Source: Candidatus Hadarchaeales archaeon (GTDB taxonomy: Archaea; Hadarchaeota; Hadarchaeia; Hadarchaeales; Hadarchaeaceae). Taken from it: a DNA stretch of 32,000 bases. Where the stretch lies: contig JAWBCC010000002.1 in NCBI GenBank assembly GCA_038823825.1, forward strand, positions 180,001 through 212,000, given 5' to 3'. Below, piece by piece: positions 1 to 9,019 of this stretch. Under the pieces are notes generated by a model. That model did not search any database. It saw only the letters and a list, made by a program, of their open reading frames with translations, and had not been told where the DNA came from. Numbering within the stretch: the first letter of the stretch is position 1; each line of letters begins with the position of its first letter. The position numbers and the translations under genes were made by a program.

Positions 1-704
1 GGCTTTCGACCATGATTGACTGGAGGGACAAAGATTCTCACGGGAAATCTTTAACACCGAAGAGAAGGGCCCAGATTTATCGTCTTAGGAAATGGCAGAG
101 AAGAATAAGGGTTTCGGATGCAATGGAGCGTAACTTGGCTTTTGCTCTCTCGGAGATAGACAGGATGGCTTCCCAGCTAGCTCTGCCGAAGAACGTCCGT
201 GAGACGGCTTCGCTAATCTACAGGAAGGCGGTTGAGGAGCGCCTCATAAGAGGGAGGTCTATCGAGGGCGTGGCCGCCGCCGCCCTATACGCCGCATGTA
301 GAGAATGTAAGATTCCCAGAACTCTCGACGAAATCGCGGAAGTAGCCCGAGTGGGTAAAAAAGAGATCGGGCGCTGTTATAGATTCATAGCCAGGGAATT
401 GCTTATCCATTTGAGACCGACAAGTCCGATCGACTATGTCCCACGTTTCGTTGCAGAGCTTGGTCTCAGCGGCGAGGTTCAGACGAAGGCGATAGAGATC
501 CTAAAGGAAGCACAGGCGAAGGGAATAACGTCTGGAAGAGGTCCGACGGGGGTTGCAGCGGCAGCAGTTTACATAGCCAGCGTTCTTTGTGGTGAGAGAA
601 GAACACAAAGGGATGTGGCAGAGGTTGCGAGGGTCACGGAAGTCACGGTGAGAAATAGGTACAAGGAATTAGCGGAGAAATTAAATCTCGACGTCGAATT
701 GTAG
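1..704 (+). CDS. tfb: Transcription initiation factor B (TFB), 5'-truncated by the window edge
   Basis: Two cyclin-like repeats (..[22 protein letters not shown].. and ..[24 protein letters not shown]..). Codons upstream of the ATG at 12 read L-S-T, matching the typical TFB linker (LSTMIDWR), so the gene continues left of the window and the Zn ribbon is outside. Confidence 0.95.
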   Translation, partial: LSTMIDWRDKDSHGKSLTPKRRAQIYRLRKWQRRIRVSDAMERNLAFALSEIDRMASQLALPKNVRETASLIYRKAVEERLIRGRSIEGVAAAALYAACRECKIPRTLDEIAEVARVGKKEIGRCYRFIARELLIHLRPTSPIDYVPRFVAELGLSGEVQTKAIEILKEAQAKGITSGRGPTGVAAAAVYIASVLCGERRTQRDVAEVARVTEVTVRNRYKELAEKLNLDVEL

Positions 705-778
705 CGTTTGCAACATCGAGTTTTATTGGGAAACTCAAAAGCCGCAGGTTCGGATTAAAGTAGAAACACTTGTTCAGA

Positions 779-788
779 TTTTTATATG
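779..788 (+). promoter_or_regulatory. Putative TATA box of radA
   Basis: TTTTTATATG lies about 30 nt upstream of the radA ATG (817). No Shine-Dalgarno precedes the ATG, consistent with a near-leaderless transcript. Confidence 0.45.
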
Positions 789-816
789 TGCTGCTTTCAA
801 CAGTACATCGATTCAA

Positions 817-1746
817 ATGGAGATAGAAGAACTGCAAAGTTTAAGCCCTTCTGTGGCAGAAAAGCTTAGAGCGGCCGGTTTTTCAACAATATCCCAGCTT
901 GCAACCGCAACCGCCACCGAGCTCATGCATGCAGCTGAGATAAGCATGCGTTCAGCGATTAAGATTATAAACTCGGCGAGGGATGCGATCAAGCTAGACT
1001 ACCAGCTGGCGAGCGAGCTATACGAGAGGAGAAAGAACATTGACAGGCTCACGACAGGGAGTACAGCTCTTGATAAAATCCTTGGAGGAGGACTAGAATC
1101 CGGCTCCGTTACAGAAGTCTTTGGAGAATTTGGTAGCGGAAAATCTCAACTTGCCCACCAGCTCTGTGTGAATGTTCAGCTTCCGCGCGAACGAGGAGGT
1201 CTCGAGGGTAACGCTATCTACATCGACACTGAGGGTACGTTTCGCCCGGAGAGAATTGCTCAGATGGCTTCAGCCCTCGGGCTGGATCCAGCGGGAGTCT
1301 TGGAGAAGATCCACGCAGCCAGAGCTCTCACGACAGACCACCAGATTCTTCTAGTTGAAAGAATCGGAGAAATCTGCAGAAAAGAACCCGTTAGACTCTT
1401 GGTTGTTGATTCGGTTTCTGCGCTCTTCCGAACGGAGTTTTGTGGGAGAGGCACTCTTGCTGAGCGACAGCAAAAGCTTGGACGCCATATCGCCGCACTC
1501 CACAACATCGCAGAAAGACACAATGTTGTTGTCTTTGTTACGAACCAAGTGCAGGCAAGACCTGACGTGATGTTCGGAGATCCGACTAGGCCAGTTGGTG
1601 GTCATGTTTTAGGTCATGCGGTCACTGTGAGAATATACCTCAAAAAAGCGAAAGACGACGCGAGGATAGCAAAACTTGTGGATCATCCCTGTCTTCCCCC
1701 AGAGTCTACAACGATAAGAATAACGCCAGAAGGAATAAGAGATTAG
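817..1746 (+). CDS. radA: DNA repair and recombination protein RadA, no intein
   Basis: N-terminal HhH domain, Walker A GEFGSGKSQ, LLVVDSVSALFR, FVTNQVQARPD, C-terminal TIRITPEGIRD. Confidence 0.97.
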   Translation: MEIEELQSLSPSVAEKLRAAGFSTISQLATATATELMHAAEISMRSAIKIINSARDAIKLDYQLASELYERRKNIDRLTTGSTALDKILGGGLESGSVTEVFGEFGSGKSQLAHQLCVNVQLPRERGGLEGNAIYIDTEGTFRPERIAQMASALGLDPAGVLEKIHAARALTTDHQILLVERIGEICRKEPVRLLVVDSVSALFRTEFCGRGTLAERQQKLGRHIAALHNIAERHNVVVFVTNQVQARPDVMFGDPTRPVGGHVLGHAVTVRIYLKKAKDDARIAKLVDHPCLPPESTTIRITPEGIRD

Positions 1747-1753
1747 TTTATCT

Positions 1754-1778
1754 TGCCTGCCCGAATGCTGGGCAGGCA
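1754..1778. repeat. Perfect inverted repeat (9-bp stem, 7-nt loop) just after the radA stop
   Basis: TGCCTGCCC (1754-1762) - GAATGCT - GGGCAGGCA (1770-1778), followed by TCATTTTTC. Confidence 0.85.
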
Positions 1779-1791
1779 TCATTTTTCATCA

Positions 1792-1815
1792 GGGGGTGTT
1801 GTTTAAATTACCCCC
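1792..1815. promoter_or_regulatory. GGGGGT/ACCCCC inverted repeat enclosing a TATA-like TTTAAATT upstream of apgM
   Basis: GGGGGT (1792-1797) - GTTGTTTAAATT - ACCCCC (1810-1815). ATG at 1851. Confidence 0.4.
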
Positions 1816-1850
1816 AAACAAAAAATTTAGAAGACGAAAGTGGTGGGCAA

Positions 1851-3035
1851 ATGAAGTACATTGTGATTGTCGGCGACGGGATGGCTGATTATCCGGTGGA
1901 AAAACACGGTGGAAAAACTCCGCTTGAAACAGCGAACAAACCGAATATAGACATGCTTGCGAAGCTCGGAAGACTTGGTATCATAAAAACAGTCCCCGAT
2001 GGTATGCCCCCGGATTCCGGTGTGGCGAACCTTTCTATTCTTGGTTATGACCCCGTCTTGTATTTCACTGGGAGAGGTCCACTTGAAGCTGGAGCGTTCA
2101 ACGTTCCGGTCGGGGATAATGACATAATTTTCCGATGCAACCTTGTCACGGTCAAGGATGGCATTCTCGTAGACTATTCAGCAGGGCACGTGACGAATGA
2201 AGAGGCTAGGGAACTTTTGAACGCAGTTTCCCAACTTGGTGTTGGAGAGTATTTTGTTGGCGTCAGTTATAGACACATATTCTTGCTCAAAAATCAGGAG
2301 ATAAATGTCGGCTGCAGTCCACCACACAGCATAACAGGTCAACCAATTAAGGAACACATGATTGGCCCGGACGGCGGAGAAATCGGGAAAAAACTCAATG
2401 AACTTATGCTGAAGTCTTACGAAATTTTGTCAAAACATCCTATAAACCTTAGGCGAGAGCGTGAGGGAAAAAATCCGGCGAACATGATTTGGCTTTGGGG
2501 GCCGGGAAAGAAGCCAAAGCTTGAGCCCTTTGAACAGAAATATGGTTTAAAAGGAGGCGTGATTTCGGGCATCATTCTCATCAAAGGAATAGGAAATTAT
2601 GCGAAGATGAGAGTTATAGAAGTCCCGGGTGCTACCGGCTATTATGACACAAACTATGAGGGAAAGGCCGACTATGCTCTGAAAGCACTGGAGGAGGGAC
2701 TAGATTTGATTTACATTCATGTGGAGGCGCCGGATGAGGCTGGTCATGCCGGAGACTTTGATCAAAAGGTCCGAACCATCGAGGATCTGGATAAAAGGCT
2801 TTTGGGGAGGATTCTGAACAGGGTTGACATGGAAAACGTGAAGATCATGCTTCTGCCGGATCATCCGACACCAATTGAGAGGAGAATGCACATGCCAGAC
2901 CCGGTTCCAGTGGTTGTTTATTCTCCGAAAAAGAAAGGGGACGGGCTTCGATTCTCCGAGACGGAGGCGAGAAAGGGGTCCCTTGGCTTTATTTATGGCC
3001 CAGATTTGATGCGATTATTTATCTCTCGGCTTTGA
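1851..3035 (+). CDS. apgM: 2,3-bisphosphoglycerate-independent phosphoglycerate mutase, archaeal type
   Basis: N-terminal VIVGDGMADYP, TPNIDMLAKLG, DGMPPDSGVANLSILGYDP; C-terminal HVEAPDEAGHAGD and LLPDHPTP metal-binding motifs. Confidence 0.95.
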   Translation: MKYIVIVGDGMADYPVEKHGGKTPLETANKPNIDMLAKLGRLGIIKTVPDGMPPDSGVANLSILGYDPVLYFTGRGPLEAGAFNVPVGDNDIIFRCNLVTVKDGILVDYSAGHVTNEEARELLNAVSQLGVGEYFVGVSYRHIFLLKNQEINVGCSPPHSITGQPIKEHMIGPDGGEIGKKLNELMLKSYEILSKHPINLRREREGKNPANMIWLWGPGKKPKLEPFEQKYGLKGGVISGIILIKGIGNYAKMRVIEVPGATGYYDTNYEGKADYALKALEEGLDLIYIHVEAPDEAGHAGDFDQKVRTIEDLDKRLLGRILNRVDMENVKIMLLPDHPTPIERRMHMPDPVPVVVYSPKKKGDGLRFSETEARKGSLGFIYGPDLMRLFISRL

Positions 3036-4166
3036 TTTTCTCCAACTTTCGTTAAGTAAAACGATTCCAATAACGTTTAGAAAGAAAGAATAAGCAAAAA
3101 CCGCTAGCCAGTATGCCCCTGCTTGGAGTAGGGCTCCAAAGATCAAACCGCTTCCTAGAGCAGAGAATCCATAAACGGAGTTGAAAATTCCGTACGCTCT
3201 ACCTCTTCTCTCGAGGGGTACGATGTCTGCGACGAATGCTCTGTAGACAGATTCCTGCATTCCTAGAATGAATCCAAATATGATGGCAGCTGCAATAAGA
3301 TTGATTTTCCCACCCAAAAGGGTAAGGGGCGCAGGAAGAATAGATAAAACGAAGGGAATAATCAGCATCTTTTGCCTTATTTTATCGTAAACGTGTCCAG
3401 CAAGCAGTGCGGAGGGGGCGTCGACTAACTGGATCAATGCGTAAACTAGCGCCACGGCCCAAGCCCCAACCTCTCCAGATATCTGATAAAGAATTAGAGA
3501 GGCAGGGATTAGCGAGAGAGTGTTTAAGCCGACCGCTGAGACGTACATCGTAAACTCTCTGGAACTGAATTTCTCTTCCTTTTTCTCGGCTCTCTTTTCA
3601 ACTTCTCCCAAAAGTCTACGTGCTCTGGCAAGGAAAAACAACATCGCAAAGAAAGGTATGAACATGACGGAAAACGCGAAGCGATAATTACCGTTAGATA
3701 TTAAAAGAACAGCCGATATCAAAACCGGTCCCAAAACCGCGCCTATTTGGTCAAGAAACTCGTGAATTCCAAAAGCCTTTCCTCTTCCTATTTCCTTACA
3801 GCACTCTGAAAGGATGACGTCTCTAGCTGGAGATCTGAGAGCTTTTCCTAAACGTTCTGTGAGAATCAAAATCGCGGCTATTTCCCAACGTCCAGTGAAG
3901 GCTAGCAGAGGTATGGAAACAATCAAAACATAACCGATTATTGTTAGTGACCAATATGCTCCGGTTCTGTCAGCCACGTCTCCGCTTACGAATCTTAGAA
4001 TCAGGTTAAAAGCTTCACCAACTCCGGAGATTGCTCCAACAACAAAAGCGGATGCGCCCAACCCGCGAAGGAAAGCCGGCACAGCTCCTCTCGATCCCTC
4101 ATAAACAACATCGCCCAGGAGACTGACTAAACCAAGCGCAATTAGCGCTGTATATGCTTTTCTCAT
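3015..4166 (-). CDS. Major facilitator superfamily transporter
   Basis: About 12 hydrophobic segments, DVVYEGSRGAVPAFL, DRTGAYWSLTIIGY, GFILGMQESVYRAFVADIVP..RGRAYGI. Stop TTA at 3015-3017. Confidence 0.85.
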   Translation of the reverse strand: MRKAYTALIALGLVSLLGDVVYEGSRGAVPAFLRGLGASAFVVGAISGVGEAFNLILRFVSGDVADRTGAYWSLTIIGYVLIVSIPLLAFTGRWEIAAILILTERLGKALRSPARDVILSECCKEIGRGKAFGIHEFLDQIGAVLGPVLISAVLLISNGNYRFAFSVMFIPFFAMLFFLARARRLLGEVEKRAEKKEEKFSSREFTMYVSAVGLNTLSLIPASLILYQISGEVGAWAVALVYALIQLVDAPSALLAGHVYDKIRQKMLIIPFVLSILPAPLTLLGGKINLIAAAIIFGFILGMQESVYRAFVADIVPLERRGRAYGIFNSVYGFSALGSGLIFGALLQAGAYWLAVFAYSFFLNVIGIVLLNESWRKSKPRDK

Positions 4167-6044
4167 TTAACCACCGAAAAATATCGGTCGCGCCGAAAGT
4201 TTTCTCGGAAGCGGCAACGGCTCTTGCGGAAAACCAACCGTCTTTCTCTTTATTTCGGTACAGAGTTTTTTGAGAGCAAGGCTCTTTAGTCTCTTTTTCC
4301 CTCTTATTCTAACTTTTAACTTTTTGGTTTTCATCTCCTCATCTCCGACTACGAGAATGTATGGAATCCATTCTCTTTCCGCGTCCCTAATCTTTTTGCC
4401 AACAGTTTCTCCTCTGTCGTCCAGATCAACCCTTATGCCTTCTTTTTCGATTTCTTGGGCAAGCCTTTCGCAGAACTTTTTATGTCTATCCGCCACTGGT
4501 ATTATCCTAACCTGGGTGGGCGAAAGCCATAGTGGGAGGCAGGGAGTCTTCCCATTCTGCATATCCTTGTACGCCTGCTCAAGCAGCGCGTATATGACTC
4601 TCTCTAGACTACCCGAAGGTGAGCAGTGCAGAATTATGGGATGTTTTTTGCATCCGTTCTCATCCACGTAGGTTATTCCATATCTTACCGCGTTTTCATG
4701 GTCCATCTGAACGGTAGAGAGCGCAGAAGCTTTGCCTGTTGTATCCACGAAGTTAAATTCGAATTTCGGATCAAAGTAAGCATACCGCTGGCTCCACACT
4801 TCTAGCAATACTGGTTTACGCACGAGTTTTGCGAGAGAGATGATGAATTCCTTGTTTTTCTCGAGAAAATCTTCGGTCATTCTTATTCCAGTTTCGTAGT
4901 TTTTGATTCCCAGATCTCTCAGGCATCTCATGCAGAGTTTAAACTGTTTTTTAAATTCTTCTTTTGCTTGCTCGATGTCCGCGCAAATTGTGTGCATGTC
5001 TGGCATAGTGAAGGTTCTCAGCCTGCGCAGGCCCGAAAGCTCTCCGCTTTTCTCCAACCTGAAAGAGTAATGTGTAATCTCGTAGAGTCTCAGTGGAAGG
5101 TTCCTGTAAGAGATAACCGCTGAAGATGCTAGGAGAAACTGTCCGAAGCAAGCGGAAAACCTGAGGAAAAATCTCCTCTTCCCGGATTTCAGAGTATACT
5201 GTCTTGCCGGAAACCTTTCTAAATAGCTCTTAAGCGCCGGATGATCATAATCATACATTATGGGAGTCTCTATCTCCATCGCTCCGTATTCTTTTGCCCT
5301 CTGGCTTACCCACCTCTCCAGCAGGAATTTCATGAATCTACCTTTCGGATAAAAGCGGAAATTGCCCGAATCGCTCCCCGGTTCATAATCCACGAGTTCC
5401 AATCTACGCATTAGCTGGATGTGAGGAGGTTCCTCCTTTGCCTCTCTGCTTCTCGAAATCTCATGGATGGCAAAGAGTTTCAGCTCAGGATATCTGGAAA
5501 AATCATAGCCCCGAATTTCTCCATCTTCCATTGTTATTTCATGAAGTTTTCCATCAGGTTCGAGAATAAACCAGCGAGATTTTATGGTTTCCTCTTTAGT
5601 TACGGCTTCGGTGACACCAACGGTTGGAGAAATCTGCCGGGAGAGTTCACTCAGTGGATGTCCCTTACAGCTGATTTTAAAGCTTTTATACCATCCAAAA
5701 GGTAGACGTTCTGTTTCAATTCCTCTAGATCTCAGCTCATTAGCCAGCATTTTAAGAGTCTCCACTGCACTTTCCGCCGGGGCAAGGGAAGAACTGAGAT
5801 GGGCGTATGGATATATTACAACAAGTTTTGCGTTAACCTTTTCTTTAACATCCGAGATCTCATCCGCGGCTTTCTTCACGATCTCTTGAACATTTTCTAT
5901 ATCCTCTTCCTCAACGGCCGTGAAAACTACCAGTGGTTCTTCAAACCTCTTGGATCTTAGCTCCTCTGGAAGTTCCTCAGCTATCGGTGTCGGTTCTTTC
6001 GCTTCGAATTCTAGATAATCCGCGTGGATGAGTAGCAGCCTCAT
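4167..6044 (-). CDS. thrS: Threonyl-tRNA synthetase, archaeal type with N-terminal editing domain
   Basis: N-terminus MRLLLIHADYLEFEAKEPTPIAEE, catalytic domain (RLRTFTMPDMHTICAD, VQMDHENAVRYGITY, CSPSGSLERVIYALLE) and C-terminal anticodon domain. ORF opens at 6134, but ATG at 6044 preceded by GGAGATGATGAG fits family start. Confidence 0.95.
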   Translation of the reverse strand: MRLLLIHADYLEFEAKEPTPIAEELPEELRSKRFEEPLVVFTAVEEEDIENVQEIVKKAADEISDVKEKVNAKLVVIYPYAHLSSSLAPAESAVETLKMLANELRSRGIETERLPFGWYKSFKISCKGHPLSELSRQISPTVGVTEAVTKEETIKSRWFILEPDGKLHEITMEDGEIRGYDFSRYPELKLFAIHEISRSREAKEEPPHIQLMRRLELVDYEPGSDSGNFRFYPKGRFMKFLLERWVSQRAKEYGAMEIETPIMYDYDHPALKSYLERFPARQYTLKSGKRRFFLRFSACFGQFLLASSAVISYRNLPLRLYEITHYSFRLEKSGELSGLRRLRTFTMPDMHTICADIEQAKEEFKKQFKLCMRCLRDLGIKNYETGIRMTEDFLEKNKEFIISLAKLVRKPVLLEVWSQRYAYFDPKFEFNFVDTTGKASALSTVQMDHENAVRYGITYVDENGCKKHPIILHCSPSGSLERVIYALLEQAYKDMQNGKTPCLPLWLSPTQVRIIPVADRHKKFCERLAQEIEKEGIRVDLDDRGETVGKKIRDAEREWIPYILVVGDEEMKTKKLKVRIRGKKRLKSLALKKLCTEIKRKTVGFPQEPLPLPRKLSARPIFFGG

Positions 6045-6103
6045 CTCATCATCTCCAAAACTCTTTTCATGGTCGTTTAATCCTTGAGGTAAGAAGTATA
6101 TCT

Positions 6104-6778
6104 GTGAGGAGGTTCTGCTATAAGTGCGGGGCATTGGAAAAAGACGCTGGACCTCTTGTTGAGGGCCTCTGTCAGCGCTGCTTCAGGGAGAGCTTTAGAT
6201 TAGAACTCCCGGATAAGGTGGAGCTGACTTCATGCAAAATCTGCGGCTCCTTTTTGATCCGCGGCGAGTGGATGAAAGTCACAAAAGAAGAAGCGGTTAT
6301 GGCGGAGTTGAACAAAAAAATGCGTCTACCAGATGGTCTAAAGTTTGAAGTGAAGACGAAAGATGGTACAGAAATGATTTGCGTCTTTGGTAGTGTGGGA
6401 GAACCGCGAAAAATCCCCATAGAAATCGAGAAACCTGTGAAGATAGAGGAAAGATTCATGACTTGTAAACTTTGCTCGCTCAGGAAAGCAGGATATTATG
6501 AGGCAATCGTTCAAGTTAGAGGAATTCCATCTCAAGAGATATCAAAAATTCTGCGAAAGTCGAAAGACGATCTTTTGATTTCCGAAGAAGATTTCATCTC
6601 GGAATTTGTTCCGCTTGAAAACGGGGCAGACATATACGTGAGCAATATTTCGCTCGGCAGGAGGCTTTCGTCCGTTTTTAAAGGAATGGGTGCGAGAATA
6701 ACTTCTACTTCAAAGTTGATCAGTCAAACGAAGGACGGAAAAAAGAGATACCGTGTAACCTTTCTCGTCCGTTTTTAA
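6104..6778 (+). CDS. NMD3-family ribosome export/biogenesis-related protein, short form
   Basis: N-terminal CYKCG..CQRCF and CKICGSFLIRGEW, second CKLCSLRKAGYYEAIVQVRG. GTG start at 6104. Confidence 0.8.
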   Translation: MRRFCYKCGALEKDAGPLVEGLCQRCFRESFRLELPDKVELTSCKICGSFLIRGEWMKVTKEEAVMAELNKKMRLPDGLKFEVKTKDGTEMICVFGSVGEPRKIPIEIEKPVKIEERFMTCKLCSLRKAGYYEAIVQVRGIPSQEISKILRKSKDDLLISEEDFISEFVPLENGADIYVSNISLGRRLSSVFKGMGARITSTSKLISQTKDGKKRYRVTFLVRF

Positions 6779-6796
6779 ACCCATCCGAGAAAATAC

Positions 6797-6804
6797 GTTA
6801 TAAG
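6797..6804 (+). promoter_or_regulatory. Putative TATA box upstream of ilvB
   Basis: GTTATAAG about 30 nt upstream of the ATG at 6833. Confidence 0.35.
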
Positions 6805-6832
6805 TCTTTCAGGAGAATAAGAGAGGGTCAGA

Positions 6833-8515
6833 ATGCCCGAAATGACCGGTGCAAAGGCTGTTTGGGAGTGCCTGAAGTTCCATGGGGTTAAGCATGTTTT
6901 CGGAATCCCAGGAGGTGCTGTTATTCCCATGTACGATGCTTTATATGACGAGACCGAGATCCAACACATACTCACGAGACATGAACAGGCGGCTGCTCAT
7001 GCGGCCGATGGTTACGCCAGAGTTCTGGGTAAACCAGGCGTTTGTGTAACGACTTCCGGTCCCGGAGGGACGAATTTAGTCACTGGTATTTTAAACGCTT
7101 ATATGGATAGCTCACCGGTCATCGCAATATCTGGTCAAGTTTCCAAGTCGAGCATCGGCACGGATGCCTTCCAAGAGGCAGATATGTTGAGCATAATGCT
7201 ACCGATAACCAAGCATAACTTTTTTGTCCGCTCCGTCGAGGAATTGCCATTGGTAATCAAACTCGCATTTAAAATCGCCACGACGGGGAGACCCGGTCCA
7301 GTTCACGTAGACATTCCCAAAGATGTTCAGCAGAGCAGCGCGAATATCGATCTCACTAGAGACCCTCCCTACAAAAAATATATGAAGATTGATCCAACAC
7401 CGTCGGAGATACAGCTTGCCGTGGAAATGCTTGTGCATGCGAAGCAACCAGTCATTTACGCGGGAGGAGGGATCATCTGGTCTGGAGCATCTGAGGAGCT
7501 TGTAGCCCTCGCGGAGACGTTGATGGCTCCGGTTGTTACATCACTCATGGGAAAGGGGGCAATTCCAGAGGATCATCCGCTCTCGCTTGGCATGCTCGGA
7601 ATGCATGGAAGGATGGCAGCCAATCTCGCTGTGAACGAATGCGACCTTCTCTTTGCTGTGGGCGTAAGATTCAGCGATAGAGCTACAGGCGACGTTCGTT
7701 ATTTCGCTCCTCGCGCGAAGATAATTCATGTTGATATTGATCCGGTTGAAGTCGGGAAGAACGTGAGGGTTCACCACGCGATAATTGCTGATGCTAAAAA
7801 GACCCTACGGGCCATATTGGGAGCTCTCAAGGATCATGTAAGAAAAGATAGAACCAGCGAATGGTTATCGCGCATCAAAAAAATGAAAAAAGATCTAGCT
7901 CCGAAGATGGATTACGACGAAGTCCCGATTAAGCCACAAAGAGCAATCAAAGAGATAATGAACGTTCTTGGACCTGATGGTATAGTTGTAACGGAGGTTG
8001 GGCAGTGTCAGATGTGGGCAGCTCACTTTTACGAGGTCAAGAAGCCGAGGCATTTCATAAGCTCAGGAGGTTTGGGAACAATGGGGTTCGGATTTCCAGC
8101 CGCGATCGGGGCGAAGGTCGCCAAACCAGACCATGTCGTCGTGGATATAGCCGGTGATGGAAGTTTTCTCATGAATTCACAGGAACTCGCAACTGCTGTT
8201 GTGAACGACATAGACGTTATAGCTTGCATATTCAACAACAGGTATCTCGGAATGGTCAAACAGTGGCAGGACCTCTTTTATGGCAAGCGTAGATCACAGG
8301 TATATCTCGGTGAATCCCCTGATTTTGCAAAGTTGGCTGAGGCGTACGGAGCCCTAGGCTTAAAGGTGACCAGACCAAGCGAGATTGCTCCAGCTCTAAG
8401 GCAAGCGATAGAAAGCGGAAAGCCAGCCGTCATAGACATAATCATAGATCCTGATGAGCATGTACTGCCCATGGTTCCAGCCGGAGGCAGATTGGATGAG
8501 CCGATCCTAACGTGA
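6833..8515 (+). CDS. ilvB: Acetolactate synthase large subunit
   Basis: HVFGIPGGAVIPMYDAL, HEQAAAHAADGYAR, TSGPGGTNLVTG, ThDP motif GDGSFLMNSQELATAVVNDIDV..NN. Confidence 0.96.
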   Translation: MPEMTGAKAVWECLKFHGVKHVFGIPGGAVIPMYDALYDETEIQHILTRHEQAAAHAADGYARVLGKPGVCVTTSGPGGTNLVTGILNAYMDSSPVIAISGQVSKSSIGTDAFQEADMLSIMLPITKHNFFVRSVEELPLVIKLAFKIATTGRPGPVHVDIPKDVQQSSANIDLTRDPPYKKYMKIDPTPSEIQLAVEMLVHAKQPVIYAGGGIIWSGASEELVALAETLMAPVVTSLMGKGAIPEDHPLSLGMLGMHGRMAANLAVNECDLLFAVGVRFSDRATGDVRYFAPRAKIIHVDIDPVEVGKNVRVHHAIIADAKKTLRAILGALKDHVRKDRTSEWLSRIKKMKKDLAPKMDYDEVPIKPQRAIKEIMNVLGPDGIVVTEVGQCQMWAAHFYEVKKPRHFISSGGLGTMGFGFPAAIGAKVAKPDHVVVDIAGDGSFLMNSQELATAVVNDIDVIACIFNNRYLGMVKQWQDLFYGKRRSQVYLGESPDFAKLAEAYGALGLKVTRPSEIAPALRQAIESGKPAVIDIIIDPDEHVLPMVPAGGRLDEPILT

Positions 8516-8524
8516 GGTGGAAAA

Positions 8525-9001
8525 ATGAAACAGCACATCTTTTCCATTCTTTGTCAGAATGTTCCAGGGGTTATGATGAGAATAACCAGAGCTTTCACAC
8601 GCAAGCAGGTGAACTTGGACTCGATAACGGTTGGGATAGAGCCATCTGGTTTGGCGAGAATAATTTTACTTTTCAACGCGGACGACCGAACGGCAAACTT
8701 GATGCGGAAAGTTTTGATGAGGCTTGAACCCATAGAGTCTGTGGAGGAGATAGATCCTGAGAATAGTGTTGTAAGGGAAATCGCCTTACTGAAGACGGTG
8801 AAACTCTCCGGGGAGGATCACTGGAGAGTTGTCGAGCGAATAGAGAAGGCTGGAGGGAAAATAATAGAGGCAAAAGATGGTGCGATAATAGCGGAGATTT
8901 CCGGAACTAGGGAAGAAATAGACAGACTCATCTCCCAATTAAGTCCAGATATCCTGAAGGAAGTTGTTCGTTCTGGTCAGGTTTACTGTCAAAGATTGTG
9001 A
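8525..9001 (+). CDS. ilvN: Acetolactate synthase small subunit (ACT domain)
   Basis: HIFSILCQNVPGVMMRITRAFTRKQVNLDSITVG; directly downstream of ilvB. Confidence 0.95.
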   Translation: MKQHIFSILCQNVPGVMMRITRAFTRKQVNLDSITVGIEPSGLARIILLFNADDRTANLMRKVLMRLEPIESVEEIDPENSVVREIALLKTVKLSGEDHWRVVERIEKAGGKIIEAKDGAIIAEISGTREEIDRLISQLSPDILKEVVRSGQVYCQRL

Positions 9002-9019
9002 GTTTTCGGAGGTCTGTGA

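Noticed and set aside
718-736. GAGTTT/AAACTC short inverted repeat after tfb
   Set aside because: Only a 6-bp AT-rich stem; expected by chance and not near a clear regulatory element.
817-1746. Possible intein in RadA, aIF5B or other typical host genes
   Set aside because: RadA (309 aa), aIF5B (595 aa) and ThrRS have normal lengths with uninterrupted motifs; no Hint or homing-endonuclease sequence.
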